A stretch of DNA of 62,164 nucleotides, the filler included, from Trypethelium eluteriae (taxonomy: Eukaryota), in the NCBI GenBank assembly GCA_051942245.1. It is 4 parts of 4 records of this genome, joined end to end, with 100 filler letters (N's around TTAATTAATTAA, not from the genome) between each part and the next. Parts side by side here need not be neighbours in the genome. Positions count along the whole stretch, not along the records: positions 1 to 15,534 come from JAVECL010000647.1; 3 more parts are not named here. One strand, 5' to 3'. The notes below the pieces were generated by a model that did no database searches, was not told where the DNA came from, and saw nothing but the letters and a program-made list of their open reading frames with translations. A program made the position numbers and the translations under genes. Shown here in pieces: positions 1 through 10,120 of the stretch; the first letter of the stretch is position 1, and every line of letters begins with the position of its first letter.

Positions 1-663
1 GGTAGGGGAGGGAGAGGTGGTTTGCTGTGGGCGTGGGAGTGTTTTTGGATGAAAATGAAAGAAATAGGATGGAGTAAAGAAGAGTGGTAATGGAGAAAAT
101 TAAGATTCAGCAATCTTATTCAGACGAAAAGGTGGTAGCTGAAATTGAAAATTTCTGCGAACGAGAGCTGCTGGGGAGATGGTAATCGCAATTCAAACGC
201 ATTGTACATTTTCAGGGTATTTTAGTGTAAAGATATCAATAGCAGAAGAGCTGAGACTATGATTGTTAGGGCGAAACTGTGAACTAGCTCTGAATTTTCA
301 CATGATCTGAGCGAGGCTTTACATACTTTTGTAAGGAGGAGCATTTGCCATACAAGGGGACTGGTGGACCTCTTGTTTCTACTAGACTTGATTAATGTAG
401 CCAAATTGGGTAAGATGGTGATCCTGAGTATTCCACATGGCAGATCCCTGCACCACAACTGCCAGAAAGCCGCTAAATCGCAAGGATCTGCAGTCAGCTG
501 TTGTGAACGAACCGTCCAATCAAAAGCTTTTCAAGGTTGTTGCTCCTCCCAAGAACGCTGACTAAGAGGTAAATATCAGGTATGATGTACTTTTACGTTA
601 ATTTCAATAATCTATGATGGTATCAAACATGCCCTGTCCACGGATCCAAAAACTGTGACTTGG

Positions 664-2662
664 TCACCAGGTAACCACCTCTTGCCTTACAGTTTGAGTA
701 CTTCGAGATATCGAGGAATGTTGTGTGTAAATGAGACAGGCTCTCCGCTCCTGCAAATCCCACCGCACGTCAAGCTCTGAGATTCTTGCCTCACGGGGTA
801 TATCGGCGCAACTAATTATATTTTCCTGTCCTTCTTCCTCGAGCTGCACAAATCTCTCGGCCACCCTTGAAGCCAGTACTCCATCCCAGACGCCTTCTTG
901 TCTGGGAGCTACTCGTAAGAGATTGATTGCTCTCCGTCTGATGGCAGGGTCGCGACACTTTGTGGCGGTCTCAAAGACTGGGGCGATGAGTCCAACATCA
1001 ATCTGAAAAGTAGGGCTATGAGCTCCGTTGAGGGCGAAAAGGGCAGCAGCTTCTTTAATAACCTCAGAAGCTAGATCTAACATATGAGAAAAAATCTGTA
1101 TATGTTGGTCCCATACCATCTCGTCCCCAAGGTCCGTAATGGAAAGAACTAGCCTATTGAATAGACACCGAAGCTGCAGAACTTTCATACCGGTCATGTC
1201 TTTGATGGTAAGGTTGGGTGATTCTTGAATGAAGTTATCAAGGGCAATACGCCAGCTTTCCATCTTGTTTAGAAGATAGCAACGTGCTGTATCCTGCTGT
1301 TCAGTGATGATGCGACCACTAATAAGTGTATAGAAAAACCAGCCCTGATTTCTCTCCTGATAATCCATGGCATTACGAGCTTCCACAAGCGTCGAAAATG
1401 CAGGGGGAATAGTGTCACTAAAGCCAGGCTCAATTTCCTGGGAGGCGTGGAAGGTACCTGGGCCATTCACAGTACCCAATTGCATGCTCTGAGAGTCGAA
1501 ACGTGCAAACATAACCTGAAGCGTGTCGTACGGTACATGCGGTGATTTAGGCACAACTAAGCCAGTACTTGTAGATTGGGTAGAGGCGTAGTCTTCCGGG
1601 AGCTCACGCAACATTTTGATACCACTGGCTACGTGGCTCAACGCAGAGCCATGATGACCTCTGAGCGTCTGTTCTAGGGTCAGTAAAGAGAGTGAAACAG
1701 CGCATGTTTCTGTCTCACCTCAAAACAAGTAAAGAGCGCACAAGCTGTCAAGGCAACATCAAGAGTTTGCTGAGAGTGATTTGACAAAGGCTTGATAAGT
1801 TGTCCGATTGCCGTTGTGTACTGCTGCAGAGCGAAGCCCCCCTCGAGCTTGTCCAGATTAGATCTCAAGATAGTAGAATCACCAGCCTCAAAACGCTCGT
1901 GCAATGAACCCAAGGCGATGATAGCATGACGGATAGCTGGTTCATGTGCAGCTGTTTGAAGTAAGTACCGTGACCAAAAGTTTGATCCTAGGAAACCCGA
2001 GAGTTGAGGGATGGTCCTGACACGGAAATATTCAAGGCTGCGAGTCTCCTCCGGGCTCATGACGACGCCCTCGGGGTTCGAAGTGGCCAGCTCACGTGAC
2101 GTCGGTACTCTCCACTCTAATGCTGTAGATGATGCCGCGCTTGACAGCGATGAGGATGGCTCCGACTGAGTCGACTTATCTGGGGGCGATTTGTCTCGAG
2201 GCATTGGCCCGTAGCCATCGCATTTTCTTCCCGTGCTCACGCAACGATGACAATCTGGCTTTCCTTCATCACACTTTATCCTTCGAATTCTAGGGTGAGG
2301 GTCAGTGGGGTTCAGAACGGTCAATTGCTCTCGGAGAAAAATCATATAAGGGTTCATGCTAAAAGCAAAACAACAGTGAAGAATGCAACATCCGTACATA
2401 TTCTACACCAGGGAGCTAAACAAAGATTGGAAGGTATTTTAAAATAAGTTGAGTGATTAGAAAAGCATTACACGGGATTTCACACTGTTGTGACCACATG
2501 ATTATGTGGTTCGCTAGGCAAGTAGGTAGTATGACTGAAGTTGAACGATAGAGCCAATCGGAAAGACTCTCACCTGCAAGTGATGCAGCCTGTTTTAGTT
2601 TTAGGGGCGAACGTCTTGACTCGACCATGGGAAAGGGATTTGCCCCTGCCATCTTTGTCCAT
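664..2662 (-). CDS. Zn(II)2Cys6 fungal transcription factor with C-terminal fungal TF domain (DUF3468-like)
   Basis: Exons 2662-2574, 2289-1719 and 1668-664 with GT..AG introns. Splicing restores the C6 cluster KTKTGCITCR/IRRIKCDEGKPDCHRCVSTGRKCDGY. The C-terminus has the typical KCRDPAIRRRAINLL..REGVWDG-type segment. Confidence 0.9.
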
Positions 2663-3036
2663 TGTTGGAAATGCGGTTAAGGGGGGCGAGTTGTCAGGCA
2701 GAACGATTATGCAACCAGATGCAAGATCGACTGAAGGAGCGGTAAGGATAAGCGATCAGAGAGTTTGGCTTTCCCGCCATCAAGAATACTCAGCGGATGG
2801 AACGAGCGACGCCTTATGAATGGCATTCTTCAATTCTCCCAAACCTGCTCTGCTCTCTCGTGCACGCAATTGAGTCATATATTTTGGGGCTTAGATGGTG
2901 ATAGCATGGCAGTAGAGCACCAGAACATGAAGCAAAATGCAACGCAGTTTTCAGCTCCAGTAGCACTATAGAGCATATACGAAGGTAAATGCTTGCTCTC
3001 TAGACGTGGAAAGGCAAGAAGCACAACGGTTCATCC

Positions 3037-3102
3037 CTGATGGGTTTGTGCTGAATTCGTGCTGGGATCGTGCTGGGATTGTGCTGGGGTTGTGATGGGT
3101 TT
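3037..3102. repeat. Six imperfect copies of an 11-bp tandem repeat (consensus GTGCTGGGATT) in the divergent TF/RTA1 promoter
   Basis: Units: ctgatgggttt, gtgctgaattc, gtgctgggatc, gtgctgggatt, gtgctggggtt, gtgatgggttt. Confidence 0.85.
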
Positions 3103-3228
3103 GCTCGTTCAAGCTCGGATCAGAAGGATTGAACGAGAGTGGTTCTGATTGGTTGATCTGCTCGCCTGTGCCTGACTAAATCAACGCCCGTGCATCAACA
3201 AACATTTTGTGCTGCTGTACAGCCACCC

Positions 3229-3251
3229 AGCCTTCAAGCCTTCAAGCCTTC
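3229..3251. repeat. Short 8-bp tandem repeat (AGCCTTCA, about 3 copies)
   Basis: The sequence reads agccttca agccttca agccttc. Confidence 0.7.
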
Positions 3252-3827
3252 GCCCACATCAATCCGAAATCGCGTAACAACCTTAGTGAACTCATTCCGT
3301 CATCTTTGTCTCAGCCGCAATCATCTGGACGTGTTTTAAGTTTAATACTCTAAAGCACAGAGTGAGCGAGATGTCTAAGCCTCAGGTTGACGAATCGCTG
3401 GCTTGCCCGTTTGCAGAATATGGCCTTCACCCGTTCAGTCGCGACATCTCGCTCCTTCCTCCCCGGCTCGACCACCCTTGAACTCGCTCGTCTCGGATGG
3501 CTCTGTCGGTTGCGTGTCGTGTCGGGCCCTGCTCCCACGCAATCTACACTGCCAACTTGAGCCTGCGTGCCTGGTCGCTGCACTATTAGATCGTTTCCAC
3601 TCTCGGAAGATGACTGACGTGAAGGGCGGCCGCTGTCACTTGCTCGACTGCGTTAATAGTACTATGATTAGAGATGTTTTGTCGATACTTCTTCAGAGAT
3701 AGGCGAGATATAAGAATCTAGGATGGTCTCAAGTTCTTTCCTTTAACTGCTCGTGTTACTCGCTTTCTTTCCAATCTTCACCAACGTTCCCCATCTCCTT
3801 ATCTGTAATACTTCATATCCCTTCATC

Positions 3828-4928
3828 ATGACCAACTGTGCTTGGCTTAACGATCCCAACTACGGAAACACAGGACCATGGTCCTTTTGCCCCAACACTG
3901 GCGCAGACTATCTCTTTGTCCTCTTATTTGGCCTCGCAACAATCGGGCATGTAATTGAGGGTATTTTCTATCGCAAGATCTATTCCCTCGTTATCATCAT
4001 CGCTGCTGCCTGGCAGACCGCTGCATTTGTCTTCCGAGCCGACTCAATCCATGACCCCTGGAAAAGTGGTCCGTACTCCGCATGGTTCATCTTGATCCTT
4101 ACTGGCCCTTTATGGATTAATGCTTATGTATATATGGTCATGGGTCGCATGGTACGTTATTCAGCAAGGCATCCCACATTGAACACCACGCTAATTGTGG
4201 CGCAGGTTTGGAACTTTATTCCAGACAAACGTTTATGTAAAGTCAAAGCATGGCGGTTCGGCCTCCTGTTCGTCATTCTCGACATTACTGCCTTCCTCGT
4301 CCAACTTGGCGGCGCCTCTATCGCCGCTGGTGCAAGCAGCGGCAATGGCAACAACAACACGTCGAAGGCACTGCTAGGTCTACACGTCTATATGGGCGGC
4401 ATCGGTCTTCAAGAACTCTTCATTCTCGGTTTCACCTTCGTCACCATCCAGTTCCACCGGCAGCTCAACCAACAACCGCGGACTGCGCGCCGCCGCGCCG
4501 CCTTCCAGCTCCTCTACACTACCTACGCCACCCTCATCCTCATCACCATCCGCATCGTCTTCCGTCTCATCGAATACTCCTCGGGTCTGCACTCCACTAT
4601 TCCTAACCATGAGTCTTACATGTACATCTTCGATTCCTCTCCCATGTGGCTCGCCCTTGTGCTGTACCTCATCTTCCACCCCGGCCGTCTGATGCCGGGT
4701 AAGGAGAGCGACTTCCCAAGTCGCAAGGACCGGAAGGAGTTGAGTCGGATGATGAAGAATGGAGAGATGGACAAACAGGAGCTGGGCTTGTTGCCGGTGC
4801 CGCAGCCGCCTCCGGTCGCGTATGAGCCAATTGGTGCTGGATATGCGAGGGGTGCGAGTCCGGCGCCCGCGGCGAAGACGGCGAGGTTTGATATGGAGAC
4901 GAGGTATCACGGAAGTGGTGTAGAGTGA
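3828..4928 (+). CDS. RTA1-like lipid-translocating exporter (7-TM)
   Basis: ATG at 3828 and an in-frame 54-nt intron at 4152-4205. RTA1 motifs: PLWINAYVYMVMGR, FVILDITAFLVQLGGA, GGIGLQ, LITIRIVFRLIEY, HESYMYIFD, HPGR. Confidence 0.9.
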   Translation: MTNCAWLNDPNYGNTGPWSFCPNTGADYLFVLLFGLATIGHVIEGIFYRKIYSLVIIIAAAWQTAAFVFRADSIHDPWKSGPYSAWFILILTGPLWINAYVYMVMGRMVRYSARHPTLNTTLIVAQVWNFIPDKRLCKVKAWRFGLLFVILDITAFLVQLGGASIAAGASSGNGNNNTSKALLGLHVYMGGIGLQELFILGFTFVTIQFHRQLNQQPRTARRRAAFQLLYTTYATLILITIRIVFRLIEYSSGLHSTIPNHESYMYIFDSSPMWLALVLYLIFHPGRLMPGKESDFPSRKDRKELSRMMKNGEMDKQELGLLPVPQPPPVAYEPIGAGYARGASPAPAAKTARFDMETRYHGSGVE

Positions 4929-5089
4929 AGAGGACACATCTGTGCGATGAGAATGTTCGCATTATGAGCTTTGATAGATGGTTGGGGGTTAGTGGGTGGC
5001 TTTTTGCACAGCAAGGCGTTTAGTCTGTCTGAGACATGGATCGAAGATTTAGGTGGCTTTGCTGATTCAATAGAGGATTAAAGAGCTGC

Positions 5090-5395
5090 GAGTAATTTGT
5101 ACAGAAGTAAAAGTTCTATAGACATCTAGACTTCTATCAAGAAGCTCTGAGCACAATAGAATTACATTCACGAGTTTATTTTGCATATCTAGGGACCGGA
5201 AACATAGCAGCATAGAATAATAGATATATAAAGCAGAATCGGGATAAATATCTAAATAATATCTAAAATTTGTTAGGGGCTACAATAGAATGGAATTCTA
5301 ATAAGTTTGGACATTCTCTACTTTAAAAAATCTATTAAATTTTTAATAAAAAGAGATTTTTAATATATAATACAAATACCTATGTATAAATTTGT
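5090..5395. repeat. AT/TpA-rich tract, probable RIP-degenerated repeat (left flank of island)
   Basis: Abrupt fall in GC and many TA dinucleotides, e.g. ttttaataaaaagagatttttaatatataatac. No intact ORF. Confidence 0.6.
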
Positions 5396-6108
5396 ACGGA
5401 GGTGCTTCACAACAGTTTTTACGCACCAAAATTTAGCGCATAGCCCCCTGCTATGTTTCTTAGGGTTTCGATGCCGCTAGTTCTACACCTCCGCACCTGC
5501 CTCTGCACCTCCTGCCTATGAAGCTATTCACACTTAGGGAGAACCTTTGATCTCATTCATTCGAGGTGTTTACTGCGCTGCCTGCTGCTTTGTAATAAGT
5601 GTCTGAAATTTACATAGACCACCTACTCTACCTCCTGCCTTACCTCCTCTCTCATCTTTTTATTTCTTTTTTTTTTTTCATGTGCAGCGATGCTTGGAGA
5701 TATTATCTTTTCGATACCACGAAGAGCAAGTTGCTAAATGTACCACCACTGAATACCAAATTGTCTGTTTTGGTGGTCCGTGCCAAATTCCTTGTTACTA
5801 CTTTCGCTTCCGCGGAATGATCGCGTTTCTATCAATTCACATGCTCGAAACCGGAAACCGTTTGTTCCAAAAATGATATCAATCCCACCATCCAGTCAGA
5901 GTCTCGGTCTAGCTTCCGCCACGTTTTACGAAGCAGACTGGCCTGAGGAGGGCGGTGAAAATGGCTAACCCGATACCAGTCGTTCAAGTTGTGCACGTAC
6001 GCCTTCGCCGTCATTCTGGCCCTGCAACCTCCCGCTATCTCAGCTGAGAGGGATGTATTCACGGCTTGCCACCTCTCTCTCTTTGTGCGCTTGCATTCCA
6101 TTTGCTAC

Positions 6109-7661
6109 ATGTCTGAAACGCGCAAACACCGCCGATCTGCAGAGCACCCTCCCGTCCAAGTGAGCCAACCGACAAAGAAGCAGAAGACCAGCCCCCCAAT
6201 TGAGTGGAAATCCTGCGAAGCATTTTGGAACACACTCTCCCGAATCCATTTAACCAAAGGCGCCCTCAGGGAGCTAGATCGAAGGAACGCCAGATACTCA
6301 CCAAGTCGAGAACGCCGAACAGCTCGAACGTCTATCACTAAGCAGGAGAGCCCAACCGCCGCGGACTTTCTTCGTCGCTGCGGCTCACGGCAAGCAAAGG
6401 AGTTGCAACGTTTCGCTCGGCGCGGCGGGCCTGATCTGTCGAGCTTGGAAGGAGTCAGTCAAAACCTCAGTTCCAGCTGCGTTTATTACTAAAATGCCTT
6501 TCACAGTATTCAGAACCTGTCGTCCCCTGTCCAGTAATGAGCTCTCGGTTAAGCACTCAAAGAAGTGGCCCGAATCTTACAACAAAGCCTGCCACAATCA
6601 ATACGAAGAGCACTGGCCCGTACAGCCGAAATTTTGAGCAAAAGCTTATTGATAATGGCATTTTCCTTGATGGCTACGAATATTCCGATGGGATAGGTGA
6701 ACCGGAGCCAGCCAATATCGGTGAGATAATGGAAAAACTAGAGCAGCGCCGCCCTTCTCTCTCACCTTCTCGATTTGGGAAAGAGGAGTTTCGAAGCTTC
6801 GTACGATATGATAGGAACGCTAAGAAAGAAGATGAAGTGAGGATATCCGTAGTTCCCGTCATTATGGGTAAGGTAAAGGATAGCAGGACCATCTCAGGAG
6901 GCATACCCTTTGGGAAACTCAAATCAATGGTAGAGGTCGATGAGAACGAGAGCGGTGAGAAACTTACAGCTCCAAAACCCGACATTTATCACGGTGCGCG
7001 GCCTGAACAGCTCAAGAAGTCGATTCGCCAAAATCTGAGCTCCTATATCATTCCATCAACACAGGAGGACCTTCCGATAGCACCAAACCATTTCTTTGAA
7101 GTAAAGGGGCCGGGCGGGTCTCTTTCAGTAGCCTTACGCCAAGCCGGCCATGACGGAGCAGCGGGTGCAAGAGCAATGCACCACATTCAATCGTACGGAC
7201 AAGACGAAGTAGAACACGACAATAAGGCTTATACCTTCTCCTCAATATATCATGGCGGTCAACTTAAGATGTATGCCCACCATCCCGGCCTTTCAGAAGA
7301 AGGGAAGACTGAGTACTACATGAACCAAGTCAATACCTATGCAATGACTGGTAATATCAATGGATTCCGAGCAGGGGCCGCAGCATATAGAAATAGCGTT
7401 GACCTTGCGGCAGAGCATAGGAACCGGCTCATTGCCCGAGCTAATGCTGTACTTCAAGCCTGTCAGTCTACATCTACGGCATCCACTGGTCTTGATTTCT
7501 CAACAAGTGTGGCAAGGCCAGAAGACACTGCATCAGAAACACCTGCCGAAGATGACGAGGATGATAACAACAACAACAATGATGACGACGACGACGACGA
7601 CGATGATGATCCTGAGATGCGACCGCCTCGCAAAGGCGCCCGAGCCAGTCATCCAAATTAG
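6109..7661 (+). CDS. Uncharacterised fungal protein (~499 aa) with predicted PD-(D/E)xK restriction-endonuclease-like domain and acidic tail
   Basis: Exons 6109-6453 and 6507-7661; the GT..AG intron joins GGPDLSSLEG/YSEP in frame. N-terminal FWNTLSRIHLTKGALRELDRRN and central RRPSLSPSRF. The candidate catalytic signature is APKPDIYHG...FFEVKGPGGS...RQAGHDGAAGAR. Confidence 0.8.
7551..7610 (+). repeat. Coding trinucleotide repeat (GAT/GAC/AAC) giving a poly-D/N tract
   Basis: gatgacgaggatgataacaacaacaacaatgatgacgacgacgacgacgacgatgatgat encodes DDEDDNNNNNDDDDDDDDDD. Confidence 0.85.
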
Positions 7662-8385
7662 GTAGCTCTCGGCAGAAACGCACAACTATCAGAATACCTC
7701 CGGGACGGGATGGTTGGTCTGAAGCATTCTAGGTGTATGAGGATGGCCTGCATCGCTTACAGGCTAGAGTGAACATCGTCACTAAGCGAAAAGAGCCTCC
7801 GAAAGACGTCTGGATACACCGTGCCGTGGGGTGGCCTAAGTGGGGTGATGTTAGGGGCAAGCTTTGTATTCCGAGATTCTGTTAATGGAAAATTACGGTT
7901 CAAGTAAGCGGTGATTGGATAAAATACCCTTTACTATTGCGTTTAATTGTAGAATTGCGTTCTTCGGATTACAAATTCCTCACTCACTCGAGTAAAGTCG
8001 GGTTCGATTACGTCGGTCATGAATCACTGGTGTTAGATGCTTATGATGGACGAGTCTTGCGCATCAAGCGACGCAAACGAGGTCGGGCACAATGGAATCT
8101 CTGTGCTATTTAGATCTTGGCGGCAGCGACTAAAAGAGTTGACATATGAAAATTACATTGCCAATTAGAACTTACCTAACGTACCTACCTACCTACACTA
8201 GAGGGGAGTGAAAGTGTACCTTACGGTAGAGCGTCCGGCACGTGACCTACTAGTCGCGTGCACTCTCGAACATCACATAAGGGAAGGCAAGGAGGTACTA
8301 CCTGATTTACAGAGGTAGGTAGGTAAAGTTCTATCCTCCACTACTCTACTTCCATACAGCGTCATAGCTGCCCAGAATCCCAACC

Positions 8386-9505
8386 ATGTCTAACTCGGAG
8401 AAACAGCTGGTTCGAATCTCTCTAAACTAATCAGCTATCTTCATTATACAGTGTGCCTGACTATGATCATAGGACATTCGCGTCAATGGTCGATATCGTC
8501 TCCTTAGACGTCTTGGAGATGGAAGCTATGGTGTCATTTACGAAGGTACCTTCCGTCAACTTGTACGTCCAGCTATCTAACAGTCATCCAGGTCTCGACG
8601 TCAAGACCTTCCAGCCGGTAGCGCTCAAGCTAGAACACACCAGAAGCGAACACTCAGAAAGTCTTCGAAATGAAATCGATATCTACAAGTGCCTAGTCGG
8701 TGGAGCGGGAATCCCAGAGCTCTACTGGGATGGAGAGGAGGGTGACTACAATGTGATGGTGTTCGAACTTCTTGGACCGAATCTCGAAGTCCTGTTCAAC
8801 TACTGCCGTCGACAATTCTCTCTCCGAACCGTACTGATGCTTGCGGACCAGCTTATACGCCGCTTTAAGTACATCCATTCTAAGGGATTTATCCATCGAG
8901 ATGTTAAGCCGGAGAATCTCCTTATGGGACGCAGCATACGTGGAAACGTTGTTTACATTGTTGATATAGGTCTTGCTGAGACTTTCACAACCATAGACTC
9001 CAGTCGGAATGGCCAGCCTTTGGAGCGAGAAGGTCCCGTCCTTGGTACTGTGCGATATGCTAGCATTAATGCTCTCCGTGGTACAAGTGAGTACCTGATT
9101 CGAGGCTGATGAGACATACAATGATATCAATATTGACATATTCCAGAGCAATCGCCCGCAGATGATATGGAAGCATTGGGTTACGTTCTCGTATACTTCC
9201 TTCAGCAGGGCAAACTTCCTTGGATAGGCCTTCCAGCCAACAACCCATCGGAAAAAGAGTTGGCCGTCCTACAGAAAAAACAGTCGACATCACCGAAAGA
9301 GCTATGTGACGGCTTACCAGATGAGTTTGTTAAATATTTCGATCATATCAGGAAGTCTTGCGACAACAACCAGAGTATTAATCACAATTATGTGCTCGAT
9401 TTGTTCCGCCGTCTCTTTCTGCGTCGCGGTTTCAAATACGATAATGTCTACGACTGGACGGTCTTGAAATATGTAGAACAACTTAAGGAACATGAAGTCA
9501 GTTAG
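8386..9505 (+). CDS. Divergent casein kinase 1 family Ser/Thr kinase (~316 aa, kinase domain only)
   Basis: Exons 8386-8409, 8473-8545, 8592-9086 and 9147-9505 splice in frame. Motifs: DIRVNGRYRLLRRLGDGSYGVIYEG, VALKLE, ELLGPNLE, HRDVKPEN, DIG (at the DFG position), GTVRYASINA, QSPADDMEALGY, LPWIGL, YDNVYDWT. Confidence 0.9.
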
Positions 9506-9859
9506 GAGATGAGAGGATAGATACCGATATACTCAATCCAGGCCAGGTGATGCAAAGGTTGGGTTCGAATGCCTCCCTGACTTCAAGACCCGATCCTCCG
9601 CGACGACAGCCGGAAGACGAGCTGATGCAAGGTCAGAAGTGTGCAAGGGTACTGTATACTTTCTTGAGCTAGGAGGCAAAAATGTATGTCAAAAGGAGAT
9701 CCATGCCTCAACTAGACTCTCCGAGGGTATAGACACCGTCTACATTCCAGCTGACTTGATGGGTTATCTTACTGGACCTGAGTGATCGCAAATTCCGCTT
9801 CTATCTGAGTAGCAGCCGTATCTATTTTATGTCAGACGAATTCAAGTTAGATGAGGTCA

Positions 9860-10120
9860 TTACCATTCTCCTTTCCAGGGATTTCTCTCCTCTCTTATCG
9901 AGTAGTAGTTTCAAGAATAGAATATATCCATGCGGTACCGATTCAAACCCCGATGCCTTCCCCCAATTTACTCCAAAACCGGCCTCCACATCTTCCTCCC
10001 CTTATACCCTTCCACCCCTCTATCCTTTATGACCTCCCCCGCCAACTATTTTACTATTACACTCTGCTCCTCCCCACTTCCATATATATAAAATAGCTTC
10101 TACTCCTCTTCCCGCTCTTT
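9860..10120 (-). pseudogene. Possible RIP-degraded coding relic
   Basis: The minus frame ending at 9860 reads LAGEVIKDRGVEGYKGRKMWRPVLE*IGGRHRGLNRYRMDIFYS*NYYSIREERNPWKGEW*. A TAA/TAG cluster lies just upstream and grades into the AT-rich tract. Confidence 0.3.

Noticed and set aside
1..660. Short ORFs at the window start
   Set aside because: No motifs or consistent splice structure; more likely UTR or promoter DNA of a gene outside the window.
3037..3102. 11-bp repeat array as a CRISPR-like array
   Set aside because: There are no spacers, the units are too short, the context is eukaryotic and no cas genes are present.
7615..7885. Alternative -1 frame continuing past the nuclease stop (DATASQRRPSQSSKLGSSRQKR...), suggesting a frameshifted longer C-terminus
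   Set aside because: That frame contains its own TAG and no recognisable motif. The annotated frame ends plausibly, and this cannot be supported without homolog alignment.
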